Below, piece by piece: positions 1-11,523 of a stretch of DNA of 64,000 nucleotides; position 1 is the stretch's first letter; each line of letters begins with the position of its first letter. Location of the stretch: the NCBI GenBank assembly GCA_037447605.1, contig CM074805.1:3133361-3197360 (forward strand), in the 5' to 3' direction. This DNA is from Zygnema circumcarinatum SAG 698-1b (lineage: Eukaryota > Plantae > Zygnematophyceae). The position numbers and the translations under genes are program-made. A model generated the notes under the pieces. The model ran no database searches, was not told where the DNA came from, and was given only the letters and a program-made list of their open reading frames with translations.

Positions 1-762
1 CGTAGTCAGGCAGTCCAATAGTGTGGTGGAGGATGCGACTTGTGCCGTAGTCGTTGCTGTTCGGGCCGCCAACTATACAGATTACTGGCAGACTTTCACT
101 GCGTGTAAAAGCCAGAGGATAGAGGCAGGATTACGTTGTCGAATGAATTGGGAGCTCGCATCTCATATTAAATTTGAAATCGAGCCATGTGAGGTAATAT
201 GCAATCCTTGATGGATGCAATGTGTACCTGTATGCTCCAGCAATGGCGTTGATGACACTGAGTCCACCCACAGTGAATGTCACCACACAACATGCCACAC
301 CCTGCTCCATTGAACATCCACCATTAAGCCGGAAACGGACCATGCTCGGCCATACACATCAAATTTTTCAAAGAACCAAATCCCAGCCGAAAATGGAGAG
401 CGCCGTAAGTGAAACTCACTCTGGCCCGGGAGTACCCATCGGCCGCATATCCTGCGTTGAGCTCGTTGCAGCATCCGATCATTGACAGTCTTGGCTCCGA
501 AATGAGCTGTCAATTCCGTGAAATAAAATTAAAAGAAACGTATTACAGTTGACATGATTTTCTTGGCGGAAATGCTCAAAGAACAGCCAAATTTGATGAA
601 GACATAGCCCAAAATCCCTCAGAGCAAGCTCACCTGGTCCAGCAGAACGAGATTGAAGTCTCCTGGCACAGAGAAAAAGTCCTCGACTCCGACCTCCACC
701 AGCCGCGAGGCGATGTGGTGCCCCAGCGTGCGCGGGCGGCCGCTTCCCCTCTCCTCCGCCAT
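1..762 (-). CDS. PDC: Pyruvate decarboxylase, 5' part (runs off window start); exons 762-634, 506-420, 301-228, 98-<1
   Basis: Spliced translation MAEERGSGRPRTLGHHIASRLVEVGVEDFFSVPGDFNLVLLDQ/LISEPRLSMIGCCNELNAGYAADGYSRAR/GVACCVVTFTVGGLSVINAIAGAYS/ESLPVICIVGGPNSNDYGTSRILHHTIGLPD matches the plant PDC N-terminal TPP-binding domain. All introns are GT-AG and in phase. An upstream in-frame ATG at 810 is an alternative start. Confidence 0.95.
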
Positions 763-1694
763 GGCCGCTTGGACGCCGCTCCAAGCGCTGCCCTCCAAAA
801 ACGGCGCCAAGAGGGGGGGACTTTACAGCGGCGTCACCGGATGCCATGTGGCGATCGGAGAGTGGCCGATGACACGTGCACCGATTTTTCGGCCGCTGAC
901 GGTGTGGCACGTGGAAGACTTTGTCGGCTACGTGGTCGACGCGTGGCAGGTCGAAAGCGAGACACTCGACTGTGACGTCGACGTCGGTCGGGTTACATGA
1001 CGACGTGTGGAGCGTTCAGTCACTGGTCGCATGAGCACATAGATGGCAGCGTCTGCGTTTGACTGAAGAGTGGTAGACAACACATAGTTGCACCGTTGAA
1101 CGGCGACTGAACTAGGATGCACGCAGCTACATGCAGCGAGACGTGGTCACGTCGCCCGTCTTTGACCCAAATGGCCACATTTGGATGGCCATGTCCTCAG
1201 CACACCTCGGCCCCCACCTCAAACGACGAGCAATTCCATTGTCCTGAGGTTCTTTGTGACCAGTTCCTCGTGGTTCTCCGTGACGTTTTTGTCCATGTAC
1301 ATGTGCTGGCCTCGGCACCGTGAGATCAATGCCACATCATTTTACTATTTTTTACTTGGCTCTCGATTTTATGTTTGTTCATACTTTCAGCTCCAGATTC
1401 CCCATGGCGGACAAAAATTTGAAGCGCATACGAACTTCTGGGTCGAGACTCGAGACGCTTTGCGGTTTGCCAGAATTTCATTTTTGAAGGGTGGATGCAC
1501 CCAAACCTGACACAGAACACGAGCGATTATCAATTATTTGATGGTCAACTTGTTTTCGTTAACTGGAAGACTTTGTTTCTCACTCAAAATTAATTGAAGA
1601 GAATTGCGTACAGTTTCCAGGTTTTAGGAATCTGGTTTTCGAAATTTACTTGAACAAAATCGTCAATGTCTCAGTGTCTCAACCTTTTTGATAT

Positions 1695-1866
1695 TAGGGC
1701 TTGCACGTCTTACAAGACGTCAGTATGTCTCTTCTGTTCAGAGTCCAGAACGGGTTTTTAAGATTTTAAGCTCCGGTGATAAGCCGATCCGCTCGGGCCG
1801 AAGCACTTTCATAACTTAAATTTTCGTAATGCTTTTTGTAAGGGTTGTTCAGTCTGACAAGCCCTA
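1695..1866. mobile_element. Degenerate MITE copy, TA-flanked, related to the 15774-15910 element
   Basis: Ends TA-GGGCTTG...AGTCTGACAAGCCC-TA. Internal blocks GAGTCCAGAACGGGT, CTCCGGTGATA, GAAGCACTTTCATAACTT and TTCGTAA align with the reverse complement of the 15776-15908 element. Confidence 0.65.
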
Positions 1867-2411
1867 CTGCTGTGGTAGTTTTGACCAAAATCCAAGAGCA
1901 ATGTAGCCAACTTCAACAAAACTAGGGAGACCAGACGCACTACAACGAAACACCAACCCCATCCTCACTTCCTCATACACTTCGATATACACGCCTTCAC
2001 CTCCAGCTCAACCAGCAAGAGAAAAAAAAGAAAAAGCAACTGGATTGCCACAATATTGGTCACTCAATCAGTGATGAACTCTGCTAAATGGATAAAAGGT
2101 CGAAAAGTTGCTGTTTCCTGAACAGAGCAATCACTACAATAAACAATGAATAAAACCTGTTCGCTGTCTACTCTCCTCACACAGCATCCTCCAATACAAC
2201 AATGTTAGGTACAGTGCTTTGCCACCACCAAGTCTTTCGTACCGCCGGTGGCGCAGCTCCCACAAAGCGGAGTGCTGTGCAGCAAAACGTAGAGCAGGAG
2301 GGTTACCTTTTGAAAACCACAGCCTGCGGATGGCCTGCCTCCGCATCAACTTCAGAACTTGTGGTGCGCCCACACAGGACTTTCTTTCTTCAGAAGTGTC
2401 CTTTGGACTAA

Positions 2412-5400
2412 TCATACATCGCCGGCCTTGACAACCACCGTGTAGTTCCTTCTCGGGTCATAGTACTTCTTGTAGACGCCATAGCCAGCTCCGATAATAA
2501 CAACAACGAGCGAGGACATGGCAACAAATGCCATCCACCCTGAAAGGACCAATCCTGCTGAGCCGGACTGGCTCACTCCCTGCAGCTGCATCAGCAACAA
2601 GGGTAGATCAGTGAACGTGAGAGCGAGACAACAGTGCAAATACCCATGGATAAGTGAGCTCCTCGTGAACACTTCCCAATTCCCATGAAAAAATAAGCTT
2701 TGTTCCCCATAGAGGCCAGCATGCGAAGGATCCTGCTCTCTGCCTACAATAATAGGGCGAGGGAGGATATCTAGCTGGCTACCGCAATTCAATGAACAAG
2801 CATAGACCCTCAACAAACAATAAGAAGGCTAATATATAGGTGGGCAATTTCCAAGCCAGCGTGGCTTGCACTCCGATACGTATATTAAGGAGTTCTCTCA
2901 GACTACTCTCTTCATCCAGACTTTTCCATCTACACGAACTGGAATAGTCTCCTCCAACATTCCTCACAGAAGAAATTTTGACCGCTCACACGAGAACATG
3001 TCACAAAGCTCCTTCTGGGGAGACATACAAAGCCTGTGACATCAAACATTACGATATCAAAGCACCAAAGAAAGTTGAAACTCACCGCTTGCAGTTTCTC
3101 AATGGTTTCCTGCAGCTTGCCATCATCAATCTTTCCTCCAACGTGAGCTCCTTCTTTAGCAACGACCTTCACAAGTCTCTTGCAGTCTTTGTTGGGAATT
3201 TTCGACCACTTTTGTTCAACAAGGCACTGTCCATATACTCCAATAACTGCTCCATTAATTGGCTTTGCATCTTCTAAGTTACATTGCTGAATAACCTGAG
3301 GGTCTTGCAAGACTGCGTCACAAGGTTCTGTGAGCTCAGCTCCCACTCTGTATTGCCAGAGCGCCATCCTCACAGCATAAGAAACCTGCACAAAAAATAA
3401 GACGAAAAATCTTCCTGAACTTTTCTCGAGAGCAATCAATATTCTGTTGACCAGTGAAGGCCAATACCATACATGGTGAACTATTTGTCCTGAATGAACA
3501 AAAACCGCATTAAACTACTGCTCCGCGAGTATTTCAAAATTTACATCGAGGCAAGTACCATCGAAATTGATGATTAACGATGAAGGTGACCAATGACAGA
3601 ATCTTTCGACAGCACAGATCAATGCCTAATCCAACCAAGTTCCAAAAACGAGGCACCTGAACGAACAACAGGGCTATTCCTACTAGTTACTATACAGTGT
3701 ATACAGTTTCATGGTGTTCCTGCTGTGAGACATTCCAAGTCATAAGTCGAACTATAAACTGAACAATGCTTGTAACCGACATGCGATTACACAATGACCA
3801 GAGAATGGCAGACAAAACTGAAAGCGCCCGTACCTCTGAAGCGCATGAAGCACTAAGTTTCTTGTATTTATCGACGAAGCATTTCAGAACAAGAGCATGG
3901 CCCTCATGACCTTTATCCACATCCGAGCAGAGAGTCTCAACATCATGTTCACATTCTTTGCGAACACGGACATCCAGCCTGTAATTGGACGCTTGCCGAG
4001 CTTCTTGCAGATTTACTTCACCCTTGCATGCTGCTCCCATGCCAACCTCCTCCAAATTCGTCTGCAAGCACTTGAAGGCTTGCCCACCGCTGGGACTGAC
4101 GTTCTTGCAGAATTCTTGCAATTCTGCAAGACAACAGATTACAGTTGAATCCATTATTTTGCATACCCAAAGTATTGGACTAAAGCCCAAGGACTAAAAA
4201 AGATAGGGGCTAATTGTTTGAGCTAACCAAGTGCTAGCATCCATAAAACATCAAAGGATTCGAAGAAGTCTTCAGTAGCATGGACGAAGATTACTGAAAA
4301 ATCGTCAATTACAGAAGCAGTCCAACCTCCCAGGACCACTAGTTCTGTCAATATCCTCCAGATTTATCAAGAACACATACTAACCTTGGCCGCAAGCATT
4401 CATCAGTGTTGGTGTGAGACGAATGTCCGATGCCTGGACAAATCACACAATACCATACTCAGTAGCTCGAATGCCATATGAGCAATGAATAGAATATCCT
4501 AGAGCAGCTGACTCAGCAATTCCACCAGCCACCTCAAATGCATTCACTGTAGACAAGTGGACAGAAACACAAACTAATCTGTTGAACAAACCGCAAGGGC
4601 CTCAATGCCAAACAAGTAAAAGTGACCAGACAAAATCGTACTCACGGAACTCCCACTTGCAAAAAGACCGTATCCTCACATAGCTTCAATTTTGCTCGTG
4701 AGCCTCAAACTGAATTATTAGTCGATAGGAAAGCACTCCAGATCAAAATCCCATCTCAGGATTACTCTTCAATAAGCATACGGGAACTCTTGAGACAGCA
4801 AGTCAGTAGACTGAGAATACCTCCATCATGCTGAAGCGCAATTCTTCGGCCTGGCACTCCGTTGTGAGATTGTCCCTATTCTTCCGGAGGCAGGCAAGTG
4901 TCCTGCTGTGATCTTTGCTAACTTGTGGGCAAAACTTCTGAAGATCATCCTCACATGCATTCTGAAGGGGGACATCAAGGCGAATGTCGGATGCCTCCTG
5001 TCTTTCAAACGAGAACACTTCGGTTTGACAAGCTTTCGACTCAATTTTGTCCTTGTTCGATGAGAGACACTTCAGCACACTTCCGCCGCAGGTAACAGAT
5101 CCAATTTCCAAGGTCTTATCACATACGCTAAGGCACATCTTCTGAACATCATTGTAGCAAGCTCTGTTGAGGCGGTAATTCAAGCGGTAGTCTGCGCAAA
5201 ACACCACAGTAAACCATGAAAACTCAATGGGCATTCGCTCCATCAGAAAAAAAACTTCCCTCCAAATTACTCCACCATGAAAGCAGGAAAATTACGGAGC
5301 TACAATCATGTTGCAAACATGACTCAATTCTCGTAGGAGTACGGGTTCAAAATGAATGCACTTATGTAAATATCAGCAAGCACCATAAAAGAGGGGCGGA

Positions 5401-8400
5401 AGATTCGACTGTCTGGAAAGAAACTCAAATGCGCAGAAAGCCCAGTGAAACGACAAGAATACAAACTTCCATCAGGAGATAATCATTGCTCTCACATCCA
5501 CAATGGAGCTACCTAAGACTCAGGTCAACGGCGCAAGCAAGCATGGGTAGGAAGAAAAGGAACACACTGCTACATCAAGTGGAATTGGCGTAAACATGCA
5601 CAAGGCTGCTGCACAAGACTTGCAAAAGCTAAAGACACAAGCAACTACACGAAAAGTACCTTGTGCAGAGCGAAGCTGATCCCTCTGAACCTCTTTGCTG
5701 CAATCTTGTCCCATCTCTGGATCTTTGAGATGTTCTTGCAGGCACTTGATAACTGACGCGTGGCCTGCAGATACGAAACGTGTTCATTCAGTACTTCTAC
5801 CTAAACTCAACGTTTGGACTAATATTTAGTCAGCGTTAGATTTGAAAAAAAAAAGAAAAACGACAATACAATACGGGACAAGAAGTGTCAGTACAGCTGG
5901 ACAAAATATAGGATCCTTAGCCAGGAAAGGCAATAACCAATTTGTTCACAAGGCTAATTGATAAAGTAGTCTGTACATGCTGGGTCAGTGTAACAGAAGA
6001 TGAGAAAGGAACGAAACAAGCATGTTAGAACATCGTTCAAATTTTCAAAACCTGAACTAACGAATTCTAGGTAAGGATAAAGGGAACAACAGGTCCCTGT
6101 AACCATTTCTATTGTGACAACGACTAAGGACTGTTTAATCCGGATATAACAACAGGACATCCTTTGCAGCATTATACAACAGTCGTTTCCACATTCTAAG
6201 TATCCACGGCTTAATTTATTTCTCGACAATCGCAAACACGACACACCTGCTTGAACATTGGGACAGAACTTGGCTTGCTCCATGCTGCAAGCTTGCCTCA
6301 TGGGAAACTTGAAGTCAATATCCTCAGCCATGCGTACTTCCTGTAATAGTCACAATCTTAATCAGACCATCAACTTGCCAGAAAACCCTCCTAATGAAAA
6401 CTACTTAACATGTTTCTTAACAGAAGACAATACTCAGCACGAAGGCTCAAGACAAATAGGTTTCAAAGGCATTACTACCAGAAAAATTGTTGTCATTTGT
6501 ACAAATAATGACTCCGCAACAGAAAAGAGACGGTCACTCACCTGATCAAAAAGCGCCTGCCTGCAAGTATCCTTCAGACTGTCACGGTGATCCTGCAGGC
6601 AACGGAAGACATGGGCCATGCCATCTGGAACATCTTTGCAAATGGTAATCCTGTCCGCTGCATCAAGACATGTCAACACAGTTCAGTCAATCTACATGCT
6701 CAGCAAAGGCAGAGCTGCATGATAAGGGCTTGAAATAGCCTTACTTCACAATAAACAATCAGAACTTCAGTGACACTGATGCCCATTGCAGCAGGTGCAC
6801 AGTTCCGATTGCACCATGGTAGAGTATGCTGAGGACGCTGGCTACGCTAGAGCAGTTGCGTGTCTCTTGCCAATTTCAACAACTGTCTACAAGTTATCCT
6901 CACTTCTAGGAATGAAGCTATTCTGTGATTATAAACCCCAAAAAGAAACTGCCCTAGTTTACGCTTTGGCTCAAGACAAACGCGAATGCAATGCTTTCGC
7001 AGGGAAGTGTTTTACTACAAACGAATAAGACTTACTGTGGCAAGCATCAGCGAGTGGTCTGTCAAACCGAATGTCCTCAGACGCGCGCTTAGTGAGTTGA
7101 TGAACCTGCTGTCTGCACTTAGGATCCTTCAACTCATCGCGGTAATCTTGAAGACACTGAATCACTTTTGCATCCCAATTTGCAACATCTGTAATATCTT
7201 CGGCGTCAGGATAGCAAATCTGCATTGACAAAACAAGGAAATTTTACTTGCCAAATGGATGGTAACCAATGCCCAGAAACCCTTGTCACCAGAACTTGCA
7301 AATGCCTGAGTAAACGCGTATTTGGTAGCAGCGACACAGACGGAAGAGATAGCACCCGGCGGGACATACCTCCGAGATATCACCTCGACAAAATTTCCTC
7401 AGAGTTGGGTCCAATCTGAAGTCAGTCGCCCTTCGCTCCATCATCTTGTCAAACTCTGTCTTGCTGCACATAAATTGTCAATACTTCAGCAAAAGCAATC
7501 CTTGATATCCACATAGCATGCAAAGCAGCCAACCAACTGCAAAGCAGAGAGATGGTCACTCTTAGTGACAGTGACAGGAAATGATAATACGAAAATGTGA
7601 CGAGGAAGGCATGACCATCTTTCCAAAAGTTTTAAAACTAATCCATGGTTATTCGACCACATTTAGAGCAAACAAGAGCCAAAATGTAGTTAACAAATAC
7701 CAAAATGTCAAAACCTATGAACTTCTTGAGTTAACAGGAAAACCCCACCGCGTCTAGCATGAGAACCGTGCCTTACCATCCTGGTGAGAAATCGGGGTCC
7801 AAGCGGTGTTGTTCCAGGCAGTCTTTTACTTGGGCGTCACCAGGAGCTATCTCTGAGCAAAACTTCTTCTTGTCGTTCAAACATGCTGCACATTTACACA
7901 ACACAAATTACTTAGAACTGCGCGCCTTGAAAGTTGACTTCTGCTCCAACTTCATAAGTCTGGCATTGATTCGGCAGGCGACGAGATTCACACCTTTAAA
8001 CAAACGAACATTGAGGCGGATATCGGGAACATTTTCTACTTCCTGTCTAAAAAGTTCCGCTTGGCAGTCCCACGCTAGCTTTTGACGATTCGAGCGCTGC
8101 ATAGACCAAAAGCGAGGGTGAGAAGAGCTTCTGTCAGCACAAACCCCCAAAATCACCAAATTGATGGGCCTTTTTTTAAGTCTCACTGTTTAATAACAAG
8201 GATAAAATGCTTACCAAACAGTCCTGGATCCGGCCCTCCCCTGGTTGCACATCTTTGCATAGTCTGTCAGCTTCCGACTTGCAAAGCTCGTTCAACTGAG
8301 GATCCAGCATGAAGTCATTTGCTGCGTCCAATTGCGCCCGAACAATCTCGGCTTTGCATGCAGCAGTCACTGTATCCACCTGGTTCACCTCACTGCCACA

Positions 8401-9739
8401 GATAGCAAGAACGTTCCCAGAAAGTTAGTGGATGCTTAATAACTGAACGGCTGATTAGCAAACACTGTCATACTAATAAAACAAGCAGGACAATCGTGGA
8501 ATAAAAACGTTTGGCTTGATGACAAATAGTTTGAGAAGATTGCTTACCGCAGACAGGCCAGGATGTTGCCTGGCTCGGGATACAGGAAATCGTCATCACA
8601 ATATTTTGTGATGTCTCCCTTGCACGCAGTTTCTGTGGACAACAACACAAGCAGAACAGAACTCAAGTTAGTGACAGAAAATGTTGGAAGCCTTGTTGAG
8701 ATCAAGATCTACAACCTGATTTCCAACTACATTACATACAAATCGAGAAAATGAAGTTCACTCACCCATCTTCTTATCCATCGAGATATCTTTATACATC
8801 TCAGACTTGAACGCCCGGATTTCCGTTTTACAGTCCGGTGACACAGTCACTCCTGCCAACCAATACTCGTCAAAAGCGTGAGCGATCCATTTCCTCCGAA
8901 AAGGCAAGACCCTAGTCAACGAGTCTGGACACATGTCGAGGTGTTGGGGTTTCGGAAAAATGCCGTCACAAACAGGGAAGAATAAACTTCGGGTATGGAT
9001 CAGCCGCAGTTAAAATATGGAGCCTTCCAGGAAATGAGGAAGGCAAACTCACCACCTTCATCATTGCCATTACTCTGGGACTTGATTTTGGCCACAAGGC
9101 AGTCAACCATCTTAGCTGCACCGGGAATGACATCCTTGCAGAAATTCTGAATATCGCTTGTACAATTTCCTGCCAGACGACCAGGCATAAAGGTGAAACA
9201 GATTTCAAGATCTAAAACACCATGACGGACTGAGAACAGCAGAGGCTGTTAGCAAACTGGATCTGCTATCCAAATCAATGGTGGCGTTAAAAAATAACAT
9301 AGATCTACACAAACAAGGTAAAGTACCATCTGCTGGCAGGTCATCCCCAGAGAAAAGCTTTTTGCTGGGAGGCTTGCTGGCGGATGTTGATGAACTAGAT
9401 GGCACAGTGCTTCCGTCCTCATCCTCTTTATCCATCGCATCAGCTCCCTTCGCGCCAGTGTCCTCCTTCTGGCTCTGGCTTTCCGCCTCACTATCTGAAT
9501 TCACCTCATTACTTTCTGCATTTCCCGAACCCTCTTGTGCAGATACTGAAAGAAAACCCGCACATAGTACAGCACCTATAAGGAGCAGAAGCAGAAGTCG
9601 CTTTCCCTGCACAGATCAAGACACGTCTTATCAAATCCAGTAACAGATGCAAGTAAAGCGAGGGTCAGATTGCAATGAAGCAGCAGCGGTTGCGCGCTCT
9701 CCTTCCAGTACAAGCAGCAGCACGCAACTCACTCACCAT
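2412..9739 (-). CDS. GLG1: Golgi apparatus protein 1 (GLG1/ESL-1/MG-160/CFR)-like type I membrane protein with many Cys-rich GLG1 repeats; multi-exon
   Basis: ATG-only first coding exon (9739-9737, then GTGAGT), followed by signal peptide [24 protein letters not shown]. Repeated modules such as [94 protein letters not shown] and [23 protein letters not shown]-terminal TM segment [27 protein letters not shown] with a short tail ending KAGDV* (TGA 2414-2412). Confidence 0.88.
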
Positions 9740-10307
9740 GGCTCCGGAGGTCTGCGGCTTCCCCTGCTTGGCAGGCTCTTGCAATGACAGCAAGTAGAAG
9801 CTGGGAGGCGCCAGAGACCATATACCGTACCCTCCCTCCCTCCAGTGCTCCTCCCACGCCTTCCGTCCGCCTGCCCGTAGACGCCGGGCAGGGCCGGGCA
9901 GAGTCGGTGCGGATTGCTTTCCGTCCCGGGCAGCCCCATAAGCGACGTGATTCGTCAATTTCGTGCCGGGCAGTCCGGGATTGTTTTGTGGGTCTGCCAG
10001 AAAAAGATTGCGGAACTTGTGGCCCCGGTGGGTGCGAGCCGGCGGCGCCCGTTTGCCAAGTCGCGCCGAGTTGGCGGACGGACGGACGGACGGCCGGACG
10101 GTCATGTCAAGGGCTCCCTCCGTACGGTACTCCGGAGGAGCCTCGGTAAGGTACCAGACCGGACCGTACGGACATGGCAGGGCAGGGCAAATCAACAGTC
10201 CAACTATACGCCACGAATTTGGCGTGACCTGACCTCCCGACGGGACAAAAAACGGCATGGCCTGAACCATGGTCTCGCGACGGACACACGGACGAGCCAT
10301 GCCCATC

Positions 10308-10359
10308 ATCCATCCATCCATCCATCCATCCATCCATCCATCCATCCATCCATCCATCC
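10308..10359. repeat. (ATCC)13 microsatellite; nearby (GACG)4 at 10077-10092
   Basis: Read directly from the sequence. Confidence 0.95.
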
Positions 10360-10936
10360 ATGGCGGCCTCCTCCGCCAGCCTGGAGGCCAACACACGCAC
10401 GCATGCACACGGCTCGCGCAGCCGCCGCCGGAGCTCCCAAACCATGTATATAAATTGTACCGGACACACTGCAGGGCCGTACCGCACGAAATCAAACAAA
10501 AAAAGGGAGAAGTCTAGCTCGAAACATAGGTGTTGTAAAAAGCCAACACGATCAATGCCACATCCTCATTTTCGTTGTAAAGCCGCCGGCTCTGACATGT
10601 AGACTCCGCGATCTACAAGAAAGCCGTACATTTGAGTCTGCTAAGAACCAAAAAAAAACATGTAGCGGTACTAGTTTCGATTTCGGGGGCACGTCAACGC
10701 CAGCCTCCCGTCCCCCGGCCAGCCTCCGCAGTGTACCGTACGGACGCGCCGTTTGACTCGGCCGCCAGCCAGCCGGGCACGGCCTGCCCTCCGCGCTCTG
10801 TGGGCAACGGAATAGCGAGCCGCTCGACGGAGTCCTGGAACTGGGAATCAGGGAACGGGCAGGCCGTTCAGATCCGCGCCAGCCAATCACTCGCCAGAAC
10901 GAGCGATTTTGGACAGAAAATTTGTTTTGGCATTTC

Positions 10937-10959
10937 CCGGTACCGTACGGTACCGGTAC
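10937..10959. promoter_or_regulatory. Perfect 20-bp palindrome CCGGTACCGTACGGTACCGG with four GTAC cores, in the GLG1/INSIG divergent spacer
   Basis: Palindrome at 10937-10956 is seen directly. GTAC/CCGTAC is the known SBP-domain (SPL/CRR1) core. Function is inferred. Confidence 0.45.
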
Positions 10960-11391
10960 ACCCTCGATTTTCGGGCAACAGAAAAGTTTCTCCGTACCAA
11001 GCGACTAACATTTCGTCCTCTGCCCGTTCCCCTGCCTTATTATTATTTTTATTTTTTTCTAACTGCCTGCCCGACCTTCCTCCCTTCCCACGCGGCCTAA
11101 TACCCGCGCATTTCCCCCTTGTACGGACAAAACGCCGGGCGGGCGGCCAGGCGCTACGCGCCAAACTTCTGAAGTCGAGCCGCCCCCCGAGTTCCCCACC
11201 TGGGACCGCGGTCTCTCGCACGAGTGTAGTGCCACGTGGCGCCCCCTGGAGGCCCCACGTGCGAGGGTGCCTTCCCGGGCCTGCCGCCGCCGCGCCCCTC
11301 CCAAGACCGCTCGTTCAAAGGGCCATTTGGGTCGCCCTGAACAACGAGTAAGCTTCAAATCGAAACGGATACTCAATATTCGCCAATCGCG

Positions 11392-11411
11392 CCAATCACA
11401 GCGAGCCACGT
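11392..11411 (+). promoter_or_regulatory. ERSE-like composite CCAAT-N9-CCACGT(G)
   Basis: CCAAT cacagcgag CCACGTG, about 115 bp upstream of the INSIG-like ATG, with a second CCAAT at 11383. Confidence 0.5.
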
Positions 11412-11523
11412 GTCAAGTACGCACACGTGGCATACCATGAGTGGCCAGAGCCGACCAGGGGGGGGACCTTGCAATGGAGACCGTCCTGCCTCCCCTCGCT
11501 GGAGTTTGTCACTGCTGCCGTCC

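Noticed and set aside
9665-10602. ORFs with [16 protein letters not shown] repeats
   Set aside because: Translation of the (ATCC)13 microsatellite inside a GC-rich spacer.
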